A DNA stretch of 64,000 nt. It comes from an uncultured Lachnospiraceae bacterium. Its GTDB lineage: Bacteria; Bacillota; Clostridia; Lachnospirales; Lachnospiraceae. Positions 9,248 to 19,818 of the stretch are shown piece by piece (within the stretch, counting starts at the first letter, position 1; every line of letters starts with the position of its first letter). The notes below the pieces were generated by a model, which saw only the letters and a program-made list of their open reading frames with translations, was not told the origin of the DNA and did no database searches. The stretch spans positions 128,760 through 192,759 of the forward strand of contig CALWLS010000003.1 of the NCBI GenBank assembly GCA_944381575.1, written 5' to 3'. The position numbers and the translations under genes were made by a program.

Positions 9248-9904
9248 ATGGGACAGAAAGTTAATCCACACGGTCTCAGAGTCGGCGTTATCAAAGACTG
9301 GGATTCCAGATGGTATGCAGACGGCAGGGATTTTGCCGACAATCTTATAGAAGATTACAATATAAGAAAGTTCCTCAAGAAAAAGCTTGAAGCAGCAGCT
9401 ATCTCCAAGATCGATATCGAGAGAACTGCTGACAGGGTTAAGATCATCATCTACACAGCTAAGCCGGGAATCGTTATCGGAAAGGGCGGAGCTGAGATCG
9501 ACAAGCTTAAGGCTGAGGTTCAGAAGTACACAGACAAGAAGCTTCTTATCGACATCAAGGAGATAAAGAGGCCGGATAAGGACGCTCAGCTGGTGGCTGA
9601 ATCCATCGCTGCACAGCTTGAGAACCGTGCGTCATTCAGACGTGCAGTTAAGCAGTCCATACAGAGGACAATGAAGGCAGGAGCTCTCGGAGTAAAGGCA
9701 GCCGTAAGCGGACGTCTTTCAGGCGCGGACATCGCCCGTTCAGAGTTCTACTCAGAGGGAACCATACCTCTTCAGACCATCAGAGCTGACATCGACTACG
9801 GCTTTGCTGAGGCAGATACAACCTACGGAAAGCTTGGCGTCAAGGTATGGATCTACAAGGGAGAGATCCTTCCGAAGAAAAAGACAGAAGGGAGCGATAG
9901 ATAA
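9248..9904 (+). CDS. rpsC: 30S ribosomal protein S3
   Basis: 218 aa, [13 protein letters not shown]..., KH domain [11 protein letters not shown]. Confidence 0.98.
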   Translation: MGQKVNPHGLRVGVIKDWDSRWYADGRDFADNLIEDYNIRKFLKKKLEAAAISKIDIERTADRVKIIIYTAKPGIVIGKGGAEIDKLKAEVQKYTDKKLLIDIKEIKRPDKDAQLVAESIAAQLENRASFRRAVKQSIQRTMKAGALGVKAAVSGRLSGADIARSEFYSEGTIPLQTIRADIDYGFAEADTTYGKLGVKVWIYKGEILPKKKTEGSDR

Positions 9905-9906
9905 TC

Positions 9907-10344
9907 ATGTTAATGCCAAAGAGAACAAAATATCGTAAGCAGCAGCGTGGTTCCATGAAGGGCGAAGCTCACAGAGGAAATAAGATCTCCAACGGTGAGT
10001 TCGGTCTTGTCGCTACCGAGTCATGCTGGTTAAAGTCAAATCAGATAGAGGCAGCCAGAGTTGCCATGACACGTTACATCAAGCGTGGCGGACAGGTATG
10101 GATCAAGGTATTCCCTGACAAGCCTGTTACTTCCAAGCCTATCGGAGTACGTATGGGTTCAGGAAAGGGTGCCGTTGACCACTATGTTGCAGTTGTAAAG
10201 CCGGGACGCGTTCTTTTCGAGATCGCCGGAGTTCCTGAGGATACAGCGCGTGAGGCACTGCGTCTTGCAATGCATAAGTTACCGCTTACATGCAAGATCG
10301 CATCTAAAGCAGATTTGGAGGGCGGTGATACGAATGAAAAGTAA
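9907..10344 (+). CDS. rplP: 50S ribosomal protein L16
   Basis: 145 aa, [15 protein letters not shown]..., [11 protein letters not shown]...RMG.GKG. Confidence 0.98.
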   Translation: MLMPKRTKYRKQQRGSMKGEAHRGNKISNGEFGLVATESCWLKSNQIEAARVAMTRYIKRGGQVWIKVFPDKPVTSKPIGVRMGSGKGAVDHYVAVVKPGRVLFEIAGVPEDTAREALRLAMHKLPLTCKIASKADLEGGDTNEK

Positions 10345-10540
10345 GAAGTATTTGGAAGAGCTTATCGCTAAAGACGTACAGGCTTTAAACGAGGAACTCG
10401 TATCAGCCAAAAAAGAGCTTTTCAATTTGAGGTTCCAGAACGCTACCAACCAGCTCGACAATACGGCAAGGATCAAGGAAGTGCGCAGGAACATTGCCCG
10501 TATCAAGACGGTCATCGCTGCAAAGCAGAAGGCAGAATAA
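10334..10540 (+). CDS. rpmC: 50S ribosomal protein L29
   Basis: [10 protein letters not shown]...[16 protein letters not shown] at 10334 overlaps the rplP 3' end. The track ORF start at 10250 is an extension inside rplP. Confidence 0.93.
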   Translation: MKSKKYLEELIAKDVQALNEELVSAKKELFNLRFQNATNQLDNTARIKEVRRNIARIKTVIAAKQKAE

Positions 10541-10564
10541 TCAAAGGAAAGGAGAGCATTAACC

Positions 10565-10819
10565 GTGGAAAGAAATCTTAGAAAGACACGTACCGGTAAG
10601 GTAGTTAGCAATAAGATGGACAAGACCATTACTGTTGCTATTGAAGACAATGTTAAACATCCTTTGATCGGTAAGATCGTCAAGAAGACATATAAGCTCA
10701 AGGCTCACGATGAGAATAATGAGTGCAATGAGGGCGATATAGTAGAAGTAATGGAGACAAGACCTCAGTCCAAGACCAAGAGATGGAGATTGGTGAGGGT
10801 AGTCGAGAAGGCCAGATAA
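10565..10819 (+). CDS. rpsQ: 30S ribosomal protein S17
   Basis: 84 aa, GTG start after an AGGAGAG SD. ...[14 protein letters not shown]...HP.YGK... Confidence 0.95.
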   Translation: MERNLRKTRTGKVVSNKMDKTITVAIEDNVKHPLIGKIVKKTYKLKAHDENNECNEGDIVEVMETRPQSKTKRWRLVRVVEKAR

Positions 10820-10839
10820 TCAGAGAAAGGAGTCACATT

Positions 10840-11208
10840 ATGGTACAGCAGGAATCCAGACTTAAGGTCGCTGACAATACCGGTGCTAAGGAACTCCTTT
10901 GCATCAGAGTATGCGGCGGCTCGACAAGAAGATACGCTCGTATCGGAGACGTGATCGTGGCATCCGTTAAGGACGCAACTCCGGGCGGCGTTGTTAAGAA
11001 GGGCGATGTTGTCAAGGCAGTGGTTGTCCGTACTGTCAACAAGACACGCAGGGCAAACGGAGCATATATCCGTTTCGATGAGAATGCAGCGGTTATAATC
11101 AAGGACGACAAGACGCCGAGAGGAACCCGTATATTTGGGCCGGTAGCAAGAGAGCTCCGTGATCATCAGTTCATGAAGATCGTATCCCTTGCTCCGGAAG
11201 TATTATAA
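10840..11208 (+). CDS. rplN: 50S ribosomal protein L14
   Basis: [18 protein letters not shown]... ATG at 10840 after an AAAGGAG SD. The track start at 10783 lies inside rpsQ. Confidence 0.97.
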   Translation: MVQQESRLKVADNTGAKELLCIRVCGGSTRRYARIGDVIVASVKDATPGGVVKKGDVVKAVVVRTVNKTRRANGAYIRFDENAAVIIKDDKTPRGTRIFGPVARELRDHQFMKIVSLAPEVL

Positions 11209-11221
11209 GGAGGACCACCCT

Positions 11222-11527
11222 ATGTTGAAGATCAAGAAGGACGATATGGTAAGAATAATCGCCGGCAAGGACAAGGGAAAAGAAGGCAAGGTCCTCAGAG
11301 TTGATACGGCAAAGCACACTGTGCTCGTTGAGGGCTGCAACATGATAACAAAGCATGCAAAGCCAAGCATGGCTGATCCTCAGGGCGGCATAATCAAGAA
11401 GGAGGCTCCGCTTGATATATCAAACGTAGTTCTTCTTCATGAGGGACAGCCGACCAAGGTCGGATTCAAGATCGAGGACGGCAAGAAGGTACGTGTTGCA
11501 AAGAAGACCGGCAAGGTAATAGCTTGA
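11222..11527 (+). CDS. rplX: 50S ribosomal protein L24
   Basis: [24 protein letters not shown] (KOW motif). ATG at 11222 after an AAGGAGGA SD. Confidence 0.96.
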   Translation: MLKIKKDDMVRIIAGKDKGKEGKVLRVDTAKHTVLVEGCNMITKHAKPSMADPQGGIIKKEAPLDISNVVLLHEGQPTKVGFKIEDGKKVRVAKKTGKVIA

Positions 11528-11546
11528 TAGAAAGGAGGAAAAAACT

Positions 11547-12086
11547 GTGGCCAGATTAAGAGAGATCTATAACAATGAGATCAAGGACGCAATGGTAAAG
11601 AAGTTCGGCTACAAGAACCCGATGGAGATACCTAAGCTTGAGAAGATAGTTATCAACATGGGCGTAGGCGAGGCCAAGGATAATGCCAAGGTTTTGGACT
11701 CTGCTGTCAAGGACATGGAGATCATCTCGGGACAGCATGCTGTCGTTACCAAGGCAAAGAAGTCAGTTGCAAACTTCAAGATCCGTGAGGGAATGCCTAT
11801 CGGATGCAAGGTCACGCTTCGCGGCGAGAAAATGTATGATTTTGCCGACAGGCTTATCAATCTTTCACTTCCGAGAGTCCGTGACTTCAGGGGAGTAAAC
11901 CCTAACTCATTCGACGGAAGAGGAAACTATGCTCTTGGACTTAAGGAGCAGCTCATATTCCCTGAGATCGAGTTTGACAAGGTCGACAGGACAAGAGGTA
12001 TGGATATCATCTTTGTTACAACGGCAAAGACTGATGAGGAAGCAAGAGAGCTGTTGAGACTGTTCAACATGCCTTTTGCCAAGTAA
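11547..12086 (+). CDS. rplE: 50S ribosomal protein L5
   Basis: 179 aa, GTG start after a GAAAGGAGG SD. ...[15 protein letters not shown]..., ...RDFRG....SFDGRGNY. Confidence 0.97.
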   Translation: MARLREIYNNEIKDAMVKKFGYKNPMEIPKLEKIVINMGVGEAKDNAKVLDSAVKDMEIISGQHAVVTKAKKSVANFKIREGMPIGCKVTLRGEKMYDFADRLINLSLPRVRDFRGVNPNSFDGRGNYALGLKEQLIFPEIEFDKVDRTRGMDIIFVTTAKTDEEARELLRLFNMPFAK

Positions 12087-12102
12087 GAAGGAGCGGTAAG
12101 AC

Positions 12103-12288
12103 ATGGCAAAAACTTCTATGAAAATAAAGCAGCAGCGCCCTGCAAAGTTCTCAACGAGAGCTTATAACAGATGCAAGATCTGCGGAAGGCCGCACGCTTA
12201 TTTAAGAAAGTACGGCATCTGCCGTATCTGCTTCAGGGAGCTTGCATATAAGGGCGAGATACCTGGAGTAAAGAAGGCAAGCTGGTAA
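12103..12288 (+). CDS. rpsN: 30S ribosomal protein S14 type Z (zinc-binding, 61 aa)
   Basis: [12 protein letters not shown]..., Cys cluster [20 protein letters not shown]. Confidence 0.97.
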   Translation: MAKTSMKIKQQRPAKFSTRAYNRCKICGRPHAYLRKYGICRICFRELAYKGEIPGVKKASW

Positions 12289-12332
12289 TTTTTAAAAATA
12301 AAGGATATCACATTTAGGAAAGGAAAAGAAAA

Positions 12333-12728
12333 ATGAGTGATCCAATAGCAGATATGCTTACGAGAATCCGTAACGCTAACATGCGTAAGCATGACACAGT
12401 CGATGTACCGGCATCAAAGATGAAGATCGCCATCGCAGACATCCTTGTAAACGAGGGATATATCGAGAAGTATGAGATCGTTGGCGAGGGCATTAAGAGA
12501 ACCATCAGAATAACCTTAAAGTATAGTGCAAACAAGACTGAGAGAGTTATTTCAGGTCTTAAGAAGATCTCCAAGCCGGGCTTAAGAGTATACGCAGGCA
12601 AGGAGAATATGCCAAAGGTTCTCGGCGGACTCGGAATAGCTATCGTTTCTACCAATGAGGGCGTGATCACCGATAAGGAAGCACGCAAGAGAGGCGTCGG
12701 CGGAGAGGTCCTCTGCTTCATCTGGTAA
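12333..12728 (+). CDS. rpsH: 30S ribosomal protein S8
   Basis: 131 aa, [15 protein letters not shown]..., C-terminal GGEVLCFIW. Confidence 0.98.
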   Translation: MSDPIADMLTRIRNANMRKHDTVDVPASKMKIAIADILVNEGYIEKYEIVGEGIKRTIRITLKYSANKTERVISGLKKISKPGLRVYAGKENMPKVLGGLGIAIVSTNEGVITDKEARKRGVGGEVLCFIW

Positions 12729-12780
12729 TATCTGAAAACGTGTCATTATGACACGACAATCTAAGAAGGAGGAAAATCAA

Positions 12781-13323
12781 ATGTCACGAATAGGAAGAAT
12801 GCCGGTGCCTGTACCGGCAGGTGTTACCGTAACGGTAGGAGACGGCAACACAGTGACCGTAAAGGGCCCTAAGGGAGAGCTCACAAGGACATTCGCCCAC
12901 GAGCTCGGTATTGAGGTAAAGGACGGAGAGGTAGTTGTTACACGTCCTAATGACCTTAAGAGGATCAAGGCTCTTCACGGACTTACAAGATCACTTATAC
13001 ACAATATGGTAGTCGGAACCTCAGAGGGCTATGAGAAGGTCCTTGAGATCAACGGTGTAGGTTACAGGGCCGCAAAGCAGGGCAAGGTGCTTACACTGAA
13101 CCTTGGATATTCACATCCTGTAGAGATGACCGATCCTGAAGGTATCGAGACTGTCTGCGACGGACAGAACAAGATAATCGTAAAGGGCATCTCAAAAGAG
13201 AAGGTTGGACAGTATGCAGCCGAGATCCGTACCAAACGTCCGCCTGAGCCATATAAGGGCAAGGGTATCAAGTATGCTGAGGAGCATATCAGACGTAAGG
13301 TCGGCAAGACAGGTAAGAAGTAA
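12781..13323 (+). CDS. rplF: 50S ribosomal protein L6
   Basis: [16 protein letters not shown]... after an AAGGAGGA SD. The track start at 12748 is an upstream extension. Confidence 0.96.
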   Translation: MSRIGRMPVPVPAGVTVTVGDGNTVTVKGPKGELTRTFAHELGIEVKDGEVVVTRPNDLKRIKALHGLTRSLIHNMVVGTSEGYEKVLEINGVGYRAAKQGKVLTLNLGYSHPVEMTDPEGIETVCDGQNKIIVKGISKEKVGQYAAEIRTKRPPEPYKGKGIKYAEEHIRRKVGKTGKK

Positions 13324-13340
13324 TCTAAGGAGAGTATAAG

Positions 13341-13706
13341 ATGATTAATAAAGTGTCTAAGAGCGAGATTCGCAGGAAGAAGCATGCAAGGCTCCGCAAT
13401 CATATCTCCGGTACGGCCGAGAGACCTCGTCTTTGCGTGTTCAGAAGCAATAATCATATGTATGCTCAGATTATCGATGATACTGTGGGAAATACCATCT
13501 GCGCAGCATCAACACTTGATAAGGCCGCTAAGGAGCTTGAGCATACTGATACAGTAGAAGCAGCAGCATTTGTCGGAAAGGCTATCGCAGAGAAGGCCAT
13601 CGAAAAGGGCATCAAGCAGGTGGTATTCGACAGAGGCGGATTCATTTACCACGGTAAGGTTCAGGCGCTTGCAGATGCGGCACGTGAAGCCGGCCTTGAA
13701 TTCTAA
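13341..13706 (+). CDS. rplR: 50S ribosomal protein L18
   Basis: 121 aa, ...[32 protein letters not shown]..., [21 protein letters not shown]. Confidence 0.97.
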   Translation: MINKVSKSEIRRKKHARLRNHISGTAERPRLCVFRSNNHMYAQIIDDTVGNTICAASTLDKAAKELEHTDTVEAAAFVGKAIAEKAIEKGIKQVVFDRGGFIYHGKVQALADAAREAGLEF

Positions 13707-13722
13707 GGGAGGAAGGAACAAT

Positions 13723-14232
13723 ATGAAAAGAGAAATTATCGATCCTAAGTCATTAGAATTAAACGACAAGGTCGTAGCCATCAAGCGTGTATCAAAGACT
13801 GTCAAGGGCGGACGTACCATGAGATTCCAGGCTCTTGTAGTCGTAGGAGACGGAAACGGACATGTAGGCGCAGGCATCGGCAAGGCTGCCGAGGTACCTG
13901 AGGCTATCAGAAAGGGTAAGGAGTCAGCAATGAAGAACCTTGTCTCCATACCTCTTGATAAGAACAAGTCAGTACCTCACGACTTTACGGGAATCTACGG
14001 AAGCGCTACCGTTCTCTTAAAGAGAGCTCCGGAAGGTACCGGTGTTATCGCCGGCGGACCTGCCCGTGCGGTTATAGAGCTTGCAGGAATTAAGAACATT
14101 CGTACTAAGGCTCTTGGCTCAAACAACAAGGTAAACTGCGTACTTGCAACCATTAACGGACTTACTTCCATGAAGACTCCTGAGCAGTATGCTGCCTTAA
14201 GAGGCAAGACAGTAGGCGAGATACTTGGTTGA
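13723..14232 (+). CDS. rpsE: 30S ribosomal protein S5
   Basis: [31 protein letters not shown]... ATG at 13723 after a GGGAGGAAGG SD. The track start at 13570 lies inside rplR. Confidence 0.96.
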   Translation: MKREIIDPKSLELNDKVVAIKRVSKTVKGGRTMRFQALVVVGDGNGHVGAGIGKAAEVPEAIRKGKESAMKNLVSIPLDKNKSVPHDFTGIYGSATVLLKRAPEGTGVIAGGPARAVIELAGIKNIRTKALGSNNKVNCVLATINGLTSMKTPEQYAALRGKTVGEILG

Positions 14233-14249
14233 TAGGGAGGTCAAAAGAG

Positions 14250-14432
14250 ATGGCAGAAAAATTAAAGGTAACTCTTATCAAGTCTCCTATCGGCGCAGTG
14301 CCTAAAAACGCTAAAACTGTAGCCGCACTTGGTCTTCGCAAGATCAATTCTACCAATGAGCTTCCTGACAACGCAGCCGTTAGAGGCATGCTCAGACAGG
14401 TTGCACACATGGTTAAAGTAGAAGAGCTTTGA
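14250..14432 (+). CDS. rpmD: 50S ribosomal protein L30
   Basis: [15 protein letters not shown]....K.T..ALGLRK... ATG at 14250 after a GGGAGG SD. Confidence 0.95.
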   Translation: MAEKLKVTLIKSPIGAVPKNAKTVAALGLRKINSTNELPDNAAVRGMLRQVAHMVKVEEL

Positions 14433-14445
14433 TCGGAGGTAAAAA

Positions 14446-14886
14446 ATGGAATTATCAAATTTAAGACCGGCTGAGGGTTCAAAGCATAAGGCTAACTTCA
14501 GAAAGGGCCGCGGTACCGGATCCGGAAACGGCAAGACAGCAGGTTACGGACATAAGGGACAGAAGGCCCGTTCAGGAGCTCCAAGACCGGGATTCGAGGG
14601 AGGCCAGATGCCTCTTTACAGAAGACTTCCAAAGAGAGGCTTCACGAACAGGAACAGGATCGACTATGCTGAGCTTAATGTTGCAAGACTCAACGCATTT
14701 GAGGACGGCGTGACAGTGGATGTGGAGACACTCTGCACCATGGGCATCATAAAGGACTTAAAGAGCGGACTTAAGATACTTGGCGGAGGCGAGCTTTCTA
14801 AGAAGCTTAACGTCAAGGCAAACGCTTTCTCAGAGTCGGCAAGACAGAAGATAGAGGCTGCAGGCGGTACTTGTGAGGTAATCTGA
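14446..14886 (+). CDS. rplO: 50S ribosomal protein L15
   Basis: 146 aa, ...[24 protein letters not shown]...[18 protein letters not shown]. Confidence 0.97.
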   Translation: MELSNLRPAEGSKHKANFRKGRGTGSGNGKTAGYGHKGQKARSGAPRPGFEGGQMPLYRRLPKRGFTNRNRIDYAELNVARLNAFEDGVTVDVETLCTMGIIKDLKSGLKILGGGELSKKLNVKANAFSESARQKIEAAGGTCEVI

Positions 14887-14887
14887 T

Positions 14888-16207
14888 ATGTGGAATCTTC
14901 TGAAAAATGCGTGGAAAGTAGTAGAGGTACGTAAGAAGATACTTTATACCCTGATGATACTTGTGGTCATCAGATTCGGTTCGGTACTTCCGGTACCCGG
15001 AGTGAATACCGGGTACTTTGCAGACCTGCTCGGAAATCTGAGCGGTACAGACGCATTCGGATGGTTCAATGCAATGACCGGTGGATCTTTTGAAGATCTA
15101 TCGATCTTTGCGTTAAGTATAACACCTTATATAACTTCATCCATCATCATGCAGCTCCTCACGATAGCGATACCGAAGCTTGAGGAACTGCAGAAGGACG
15201 GAGAAGAGGGCAGAAAGAAGATCGCGGAATATACAAGATATGTCACCGTTGCGCTGGCGCTTATCGAATCCACGGCCATGGCTGTAGGATTTGGAGGACG
15301 CGGATTGCTGTATGATTACAACGCGGTAAGCATTATAGTCTGCATAGTAACGATGACAACGGGATCTGCCCTTTTGATGTGGTTCGGCGAGAGGATAAAC
15401 GACAAGGGTATAGGAAACGGTATATCCATAGTGCTCCTGTTCAATATCCTTTCATCACTGCCGGACGATCTTATTTCGCTGTTCAATACCTTTGTAAGGA
15501 ATGACAACATAGCGGTGGGCGTGGTAATGGCGCTTATAGTAGCGGCATGCATCGCGGCGCTTTTCATTTTCACGATAGTATTGAACGACGCCAAGAGAGT
15601 GATACCGGTACAGTATTCGAGGAAGATACAGGGAAGGAGACAGGTAGGCGGCAACGGCTCCAATATACCTTTAAAGGTCAATACCGCCGGCGTAATGCCT
15701 GTAATATTCGCCTCCTCCCTTATGTCGATACCGTCTATAATAAGCCAGTTCTTTAATGTGGATTATTCGACCATAGGCGGAAAGATACTCATGGTCATGA
15801 CCTCGACATACTGGTGCAGGGCCGATTATCCATGGGCTAATATAGGACTTGTGATATATCTCCTTTTAGTATACGCATTCGCGTATTTCTATACGAGCAT
15901 CACATTCAATCCGCTTGAGGTCGCCAACAACATGAAAAAGGGCGGCGGCTTCATTCCGGGATTAAGGCCTGGAAAGCAGACCAGCGACTATCTCAGCAAT
16001 CTGCTTAAGTATGTGATATTTATAGGAGCTACGGGCTTAAGCATAGTTGCCATCGTGCCTATCGCGGCATCAGGCATATTCGGACTGAGCCACCTGTCGT
16101 TTACGGGAACATCGCTCATAATCATCACATCAGTTATAATCGAAACGCTGAAATCACTCGAATCACAGCTTCTGGTAAGGAATTATAAAGGGTTCCTGAA
16201 CGAGTAA
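14888..16207 (+). CDS. secY: preprotein translocase subunit SecY
   Basis: 439 aa, about 10 TM segments. LSIFALSITPYITSSIIMQLL and GGFIPG.RPG..T motifs. Canonical position after rplO. Confidence 0.97.
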   Translation: MWNLLKNAWKVVEVRKKILYTLMILVVIRFGSVLPVPGVNTGYFADLLGNLSGTDAFGWFNAMTGGSFEDLSIFALSITPYITSSIIMQLLTIAIPKLEELQKDGEEGRKKIAEYTRYVTVALALIESTAMAVGFGGRGLLYDYNAVSIIVCIVTMTTGSALLMWFGERINDKGIGNGISIVLLFNILSSLPDDLISLFNTFVRNDNIAVGVVMALIVAACIAALFIFTIVLNDAKRVIPVQYSRKIQGRRQVGGNGSNIPLKVNTAGVMPVIFASSLMSIPSIISQFFNVDYSTIGGKILMVMTSTYWCRADYPWANIGLVIYLLLVYAFAYFYTSITFNPLEVANNMKKGGGFIPGLRPGKQTSDYLSNLLKYVIFIGATGLSIVAIVPIAASGIFGLSHLSFTGTSLIIITSVIIETLKSLESQLLVRNYKGFLNE

Positions 16208-16217
16208 GGGGTACGGT

Positions 16218-16859
16218 ATGAAGATCGTAATGTTAGGAGCACCGGGTGCCGGAAAGGGTACTCAGGCGGTCAATATAGCAAAGGAATATAACATTCCGCA
16301 TATAAGCACGGGAGATATATTCAGGGCAAACATCAAAAATCAGACTGAGCTCGGCATGAAGGCAAAGGAGTATATGGATAAGGGGGCGCTGGTCCCTGAT
16401 GAGATAACCATAGGCATGCTCTTAAGCCGCATAGCTGATAAGGACTGCGACAACGGTTTTGTATTGGACGGGTTCCCTCGTACGATACCTCAGGCTGAAT
16501 CACTTAAAAAGGCCCTTAAGGAGCAGGGAGCCAAGATAGACTGCGCAGTAGATATCGAGGTTCCGGATGAGGACATAATTAACAGGATGTCCGGAAGACG
16601 CTCATGCCCTAACTGCGGAGGCACCTACCATGTAACGTTCAATCCTCCTAAGCAGGAAGGCATATGCGATGCCTGCGGCACTGAGCTTGTACAGAGGGCT
16701 GACGATAAGCCTGAGACAGTGCTTCAGAGGCTTAAGACCTATCACGAGCAGACCCAGCCGCTCATTGAATTTTATGAAAATGAGGGAGTGCTGGTGACCG
16801 TTGACGGTACGAAAAAGCCTTCAGAGGTGCTTGAGGATATTTTAGGAGCGCTTAAATAA
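16218..16859 (+). CDS. adk: adenylate kinase (zinc-lid type)
   Basis: 213 aa, P-loop GAPGAGKGTQA, lid CPNCGGTYH...CDACG. Confidence 0.97.
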   Translation: MKIVMLGAPGAGKGTQAVNIAKEYNIPHISTGDIFRANIKNQTELGMKAKEYMDKGALVPDEITIGMLLSRIADKDCDNGFVLDGFPRTIPQAESLKKALKEQGAKIDCAVDIEVPDEDIINRMSGRRSCPNCGGTYHVTFNPPKQEGICDACGTELVQRADDKPETVLQRLKTYHEQTQPLIEFYENEGVLVTVDGTKKPSEVLEDILGALK

Positions 16860-17639
16860 ATGGTTACTATCAAGTCTGATCATGAAGTACAGCTGATGAG
16901 GGAAGCCGGGCTGATCCTTGCAAAGGTCCATAAGGAGCTTGAAGGCGTTATAAAGCCCGGCATAAGCACCCTTGATATCGACAGGGCCTGTGAAAAGCTC
17001 ATAAGGAGCCACGGCTGCCTGCCGTCATTTAAGGGGTATGCCGGATTTCCTGCCTCAGCCTGTGTATCAGTCAACGAAGAGGTCGTACACGGCATACCTT
17101 CGGATGACAGGATACTAAAGGAAGGGGATATAGTTTCGGTAGATACCGGAGTTATCTGGAAGGGCTGGCAGTCGGATGCCGCAAGGACACATGCCGTAGG
17201 GAAAATTTCAGGAGAGCATCAGGATCTTATAGACCGCACAAGGGAAAGCTTCTTTGTCGGAATCAAGGCAGCGGTGGCTGGCAATCACGTGGGTGATATA
17301 GGACGCGCCGTTGAGGATTATATCAGCCAGTTCGGTTACGGAATTGTTGAGGACCTTGTGGGTCATGGAATCGGACAGGAAATGCACGAGGAGCCTGAGG
17401 TACCTAACTTTGTCACGGCAAGAAGGGGCATAAGGCTCAGGAAAAACATGACCATAGCCGTCGAGCCTATGATCAACCTCGGCACCTATGCCGTGGAGGA
17501 GCTGGATAACGGCTGGACCTTTGTGACGGTGGACAGAAAATATTCGGCCCACTACGAAAATACCATTTTGATAAGAGAAGGCGAACCGGAGGTATTGTCA
17601 CTCCTTCCGGAAGAAAAGAAATTATACGGAGTTTTATAA
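16860..17639 (+). CDS. map: type I methionyl aminopeptidase
   Basis: 259 aa. ...VVHGIPS...GDIVSVD..., GHGIG...HE.P.V.NF, metal-ligand pattern. Confidence 0.96.
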   Translation: MVTIKSDHEVQLMREAGLILAKVHKELEGVIKPGISTLDIDRACEKLIRSHGCLPSFKGYAGFPASACVSVNEEVVHGIPSDDRILKEGDIVSVDTGVIWKGWQSDAARTHAVGKISGEHQDLIDRTRESFFVGIKAAVAGNHVGDIGRAVEDYISQFGYGIVEDLVGHGIGQEMHEEPEVPNFVTARRGIRLRKNMTIAVEPMINLGTYAVEELDNGWTFVTVDRKYSAHYENTILIREGEPEVLSLLPEEKKLYGVL

Positions 17640-17650
17640 GGGAGGTAAGG

Positions 17651-17869
17651 ATGTCTAAAGCAGACGTCATTGAACTTGAAGGTACCGTAATAGAAAAACT
17701 TCCTAACGCAATGTTCTCGGTAGAACTTGAGAACGGACATCACGTACTGGCTCACATAAGCGGAAAACTGCGCATGAATTACATAAGGATCCTTCCGGGT
17801 GACAAGGTCACGCTCGAAATGAGTCCGTATGACCTTTCAAAGGCCAGGATCATATGGAGAGACAAGTAA
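17651..17869 (+). CDS. infA: translation initiation factor IF-1
   Basis: 72 aa, [36 protein letters not shown]...[19 protein letters not shown]. Confidence 0.98.
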   Translation: MSKADVIELEGTVIEKLPNAMFSVELENGHHVLAHISGKLRMNYIRILPGDKVTLEMSPYDLSKARIIWRDK

Positions 17870-17925
17870 TAAGGTGTGAATCAAAAAAAACACATGAAAC
17901 CGGCCATGCCGGATAAATGTAGCCC

Positions 17926-17954
17926 TTGCAGCGATCAGAAATAATTGATATAAT
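17926..17954 (+). promoter_or_regulatory. sigma-A-like promoter inside the infA-rpmJ spacer (extended -10)
   Basis: TTGCAG (17926-17931), 17-nt spacer, TGaTATAAT (-10 at 17949-17954). Confidence 0.45.
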
Positions 17955-18011
17955 GCTATGGCAACTTTATCCGGGATGGGTTTAGTGTGTCATAAAAGAA
18001 GGGAGATTGTA

Positions 18012-18125
18012 ATGAAAGTCAGATCTTCAGTAAAACCTATATGCGAAAAGTGTAAGGTAATCAAGAGAAAGGGTGTAATCAGGATAATCTGTGAGAACCC
18101 TAAACACAAACAGAGACAAGGTTAA
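18012..18125 (+). CDS. rpmJ: 50S ribosomal protein L36 (zinc-binding form); absent from the supplied ORF track because it is under 60 aa
   Basis: Hand translation gives [44 protein letters not shown] upstream. Canonical position between infA and rpsM. Confidence 0.95.
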   Translation: MKVRSSVKPICEKCKVIKRKGVIRIICENPKHKQRQG

Positions 18126-18140
18126 TTAAGGAGGAAAAGC

Positions 18141-18509
18141 ATGGCTCGTATCGCAGGCGTGGACCTTCCGAGAGAAAAGCGCGTAGAGATCGGTCTTACC
18201 TATATCTATGGTATCGGCCGTCCATCATCACAGCGCATCCTTAAGGAGGCAAATGTAGATCCGGATACACGTGTCAAGGATCTTACGGACGATGAGGTCA
18301 AGAGACTGGCAGAGGTTATCGCAGAGACTCAGGTGGTTGAGGGTGATCTCAGGAGAGAAATCGCTACAAACATCAAGAGGCTTCAGGAGATAGGCTGCTA
18401 TCGCGGAATCCGTCACAGAAAGGGACTTCCGGTTCGCGGACAGAAAACAAAGACAAACGCGCGTACAAGGAAGGGTCCTAAGAAGACAGTAGCAAACAAG
18501 AAGAAGTAA
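18141..18509 (+). CDS. rpsM: 30S ribosomal protein S13
   Basis: 122 aa, [26 protein letters not shown]..., ...[26 protein letters not shown]. Confidence 0.98.
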   Translation: MARIAGVDLPREKRVEIGLTYIYGIGRPSSQRILKEANVDPDTRVKDLTDDEVKRLAEVIAETQVVEGDLRREIATNIKRLQEIGCYRGIRHRKGLPVRGQKTKTNARTRKGPKKTVANKKK

Positions 18510-18718
18510 GCAAGAGATCTGTATCTTTTGCGGGCAGGAGCCGTGAAGCCGCAGGATGGGTATCCGCTAAGAGGAAATACCTTACTGGCGGATTTATGTA
18601 TGCGGTACATACGGTTAAACTGGCCGGAGGACATATGGAGATCAGCTTCAAATGTGGATTTGGAAATGTTCTTTGTATTTCCGTCCGGGACTTAATGAAG
18701 AAAGTAGGTTAGTTTGAT

Positions 18719-19123
18719 ATGGCAAAGAAAGTGTCAGCTGGCGCTAAAAAGATAACGAAAAAGCGCGTTAAAAAGAACGTTGAACACGGCCAGGCACACA
18801 TCCAGGCATCCTTCAACAACACAATAGTTACTCTGACGGATGCTGCAGGCAATGCTTTATCATGGGCAAGTGCAGGCGGCCTGGGATTCAGAGGTTCAAG
18901 GAAATCTACTCCATATGCAGCGCAGGTAGCTGCAGAGACTGCTGTTAAGGCAGCCTTAGTGCATGGTTTAAAGACAGTAGATGTTATGGTAAAGGGTCCT
19001 GGTTCAGGACGTGAGGCTGCGATCAGAGCACTCGCAGCTGCCGGTCTGCAGGTGACCAGCATTAAGGATGTGACACCGGTTCCTCATAACGGTTGTCGCC
19101 CACCAAAGCGTAGAAGAGTCTGA
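18719..19123 (+). CDS. rpsK: 30S ribosomal protein S11
   Basis: 134 aa, ...[19 protein letters not shown]...W.SAG..GF.GSRKSTP.AAQ..., ...TP.PHNGCRP.KRRRV. Confidence 0.98.
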   Translation: MAKKVSAGAKKITKKRVKKNVEHGQAHIQASFNNTIVTLTDAAGNALSWASAGGLGFRGSRKSTPYAAQVAAETAVKAALVHGLKTVDVMVKGPGSGREAAIRALAAAGLQVTSIKDVTPVPHNGCRPPKRRRV

Positions 19124-19138
19124 TTTTGGAGGTTAAAA

Positions 19139-19732
19139 ATGGCAGTAGATAGAGTTCCTGTTCTTAAAAGATGCAGATCCCTTGGCCTGGATCCTGTATA
19201 TTTAGGAATCGACAAAAAATCCAACAGAAAATCTGTTCATCAGCAGAGGAAGCTTTCTGAGTACGGAACACAGCTCCGCGAGAAGCAGAAGGCAAAGTTC
19301 ATATACGGCGTATTAGAGAAGCCGTTCCGCAACTACTATGCCAAGGCAGAGAGAAAGCCTGGCCAGACAGGCGAGAACCTTATGGTCATGCTTGAGACCC
19401 GTCTTGACAACGTGATCTTCCGCCTTGGATGGGCCCGTACAAGAAGAGAGGCAAGACAGATCGTTGACCACAAGGATATCCTTATCAACGGCAAGCAGGT
19501 CAATATCCCTTCATACGCTGTAAAGGCTGGGGACATCATCGAGGTAAAGGAAAAGAAGAAGTCTTCACAGCGCTTCAAGGATATCATTGAGGTTACAGGC
19601 GCACGCCTCGTTCCTGAGTGGTTGGAGTCAGATAAGGAAGAGCTTAAAGGACGCGTTATTGAGCTTCCTAAGAGAGAAGCTATCGATGTTCCTGTCGATG
19701 AGATGGCTATAGTCGAGCTGTACTCCAAGTAA
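19139..19732 (+). CDS. rpsD: 30S ribosomal protein S4
   Basis: 197 aa, ...LE.RLDNV.FRLG.A.TR.EARQ.V.H..I..NG..VNIPSY.V..GD.I. Confidence 0.97.
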   Translation: MAVDRVPVLKRCRSLGLDPVYLGIDKKSNRKSVHQQRKLSEYGTQLREKQKAKFIYGVLEKPFRNYYAKAERKPGQTGENLMVMLETRLDNVIFRLGWARTRREARQIVDHKDILINGKQVNIPSYAVKAGDIIEVKEKKKSSQRFKDIIEVTGARLVPEWLESDKEELKGRVIELPKREAIDVPVDEMAIVELYSK

Positions 19733-19818
19733 TAATGCATCCGTATATTTCTTGCTTATTCGTTCTAGGGAAGGAGGAACAGCGGTACGTTTTGTAATGT
19801 ACCGGCTTCATAAAACGC

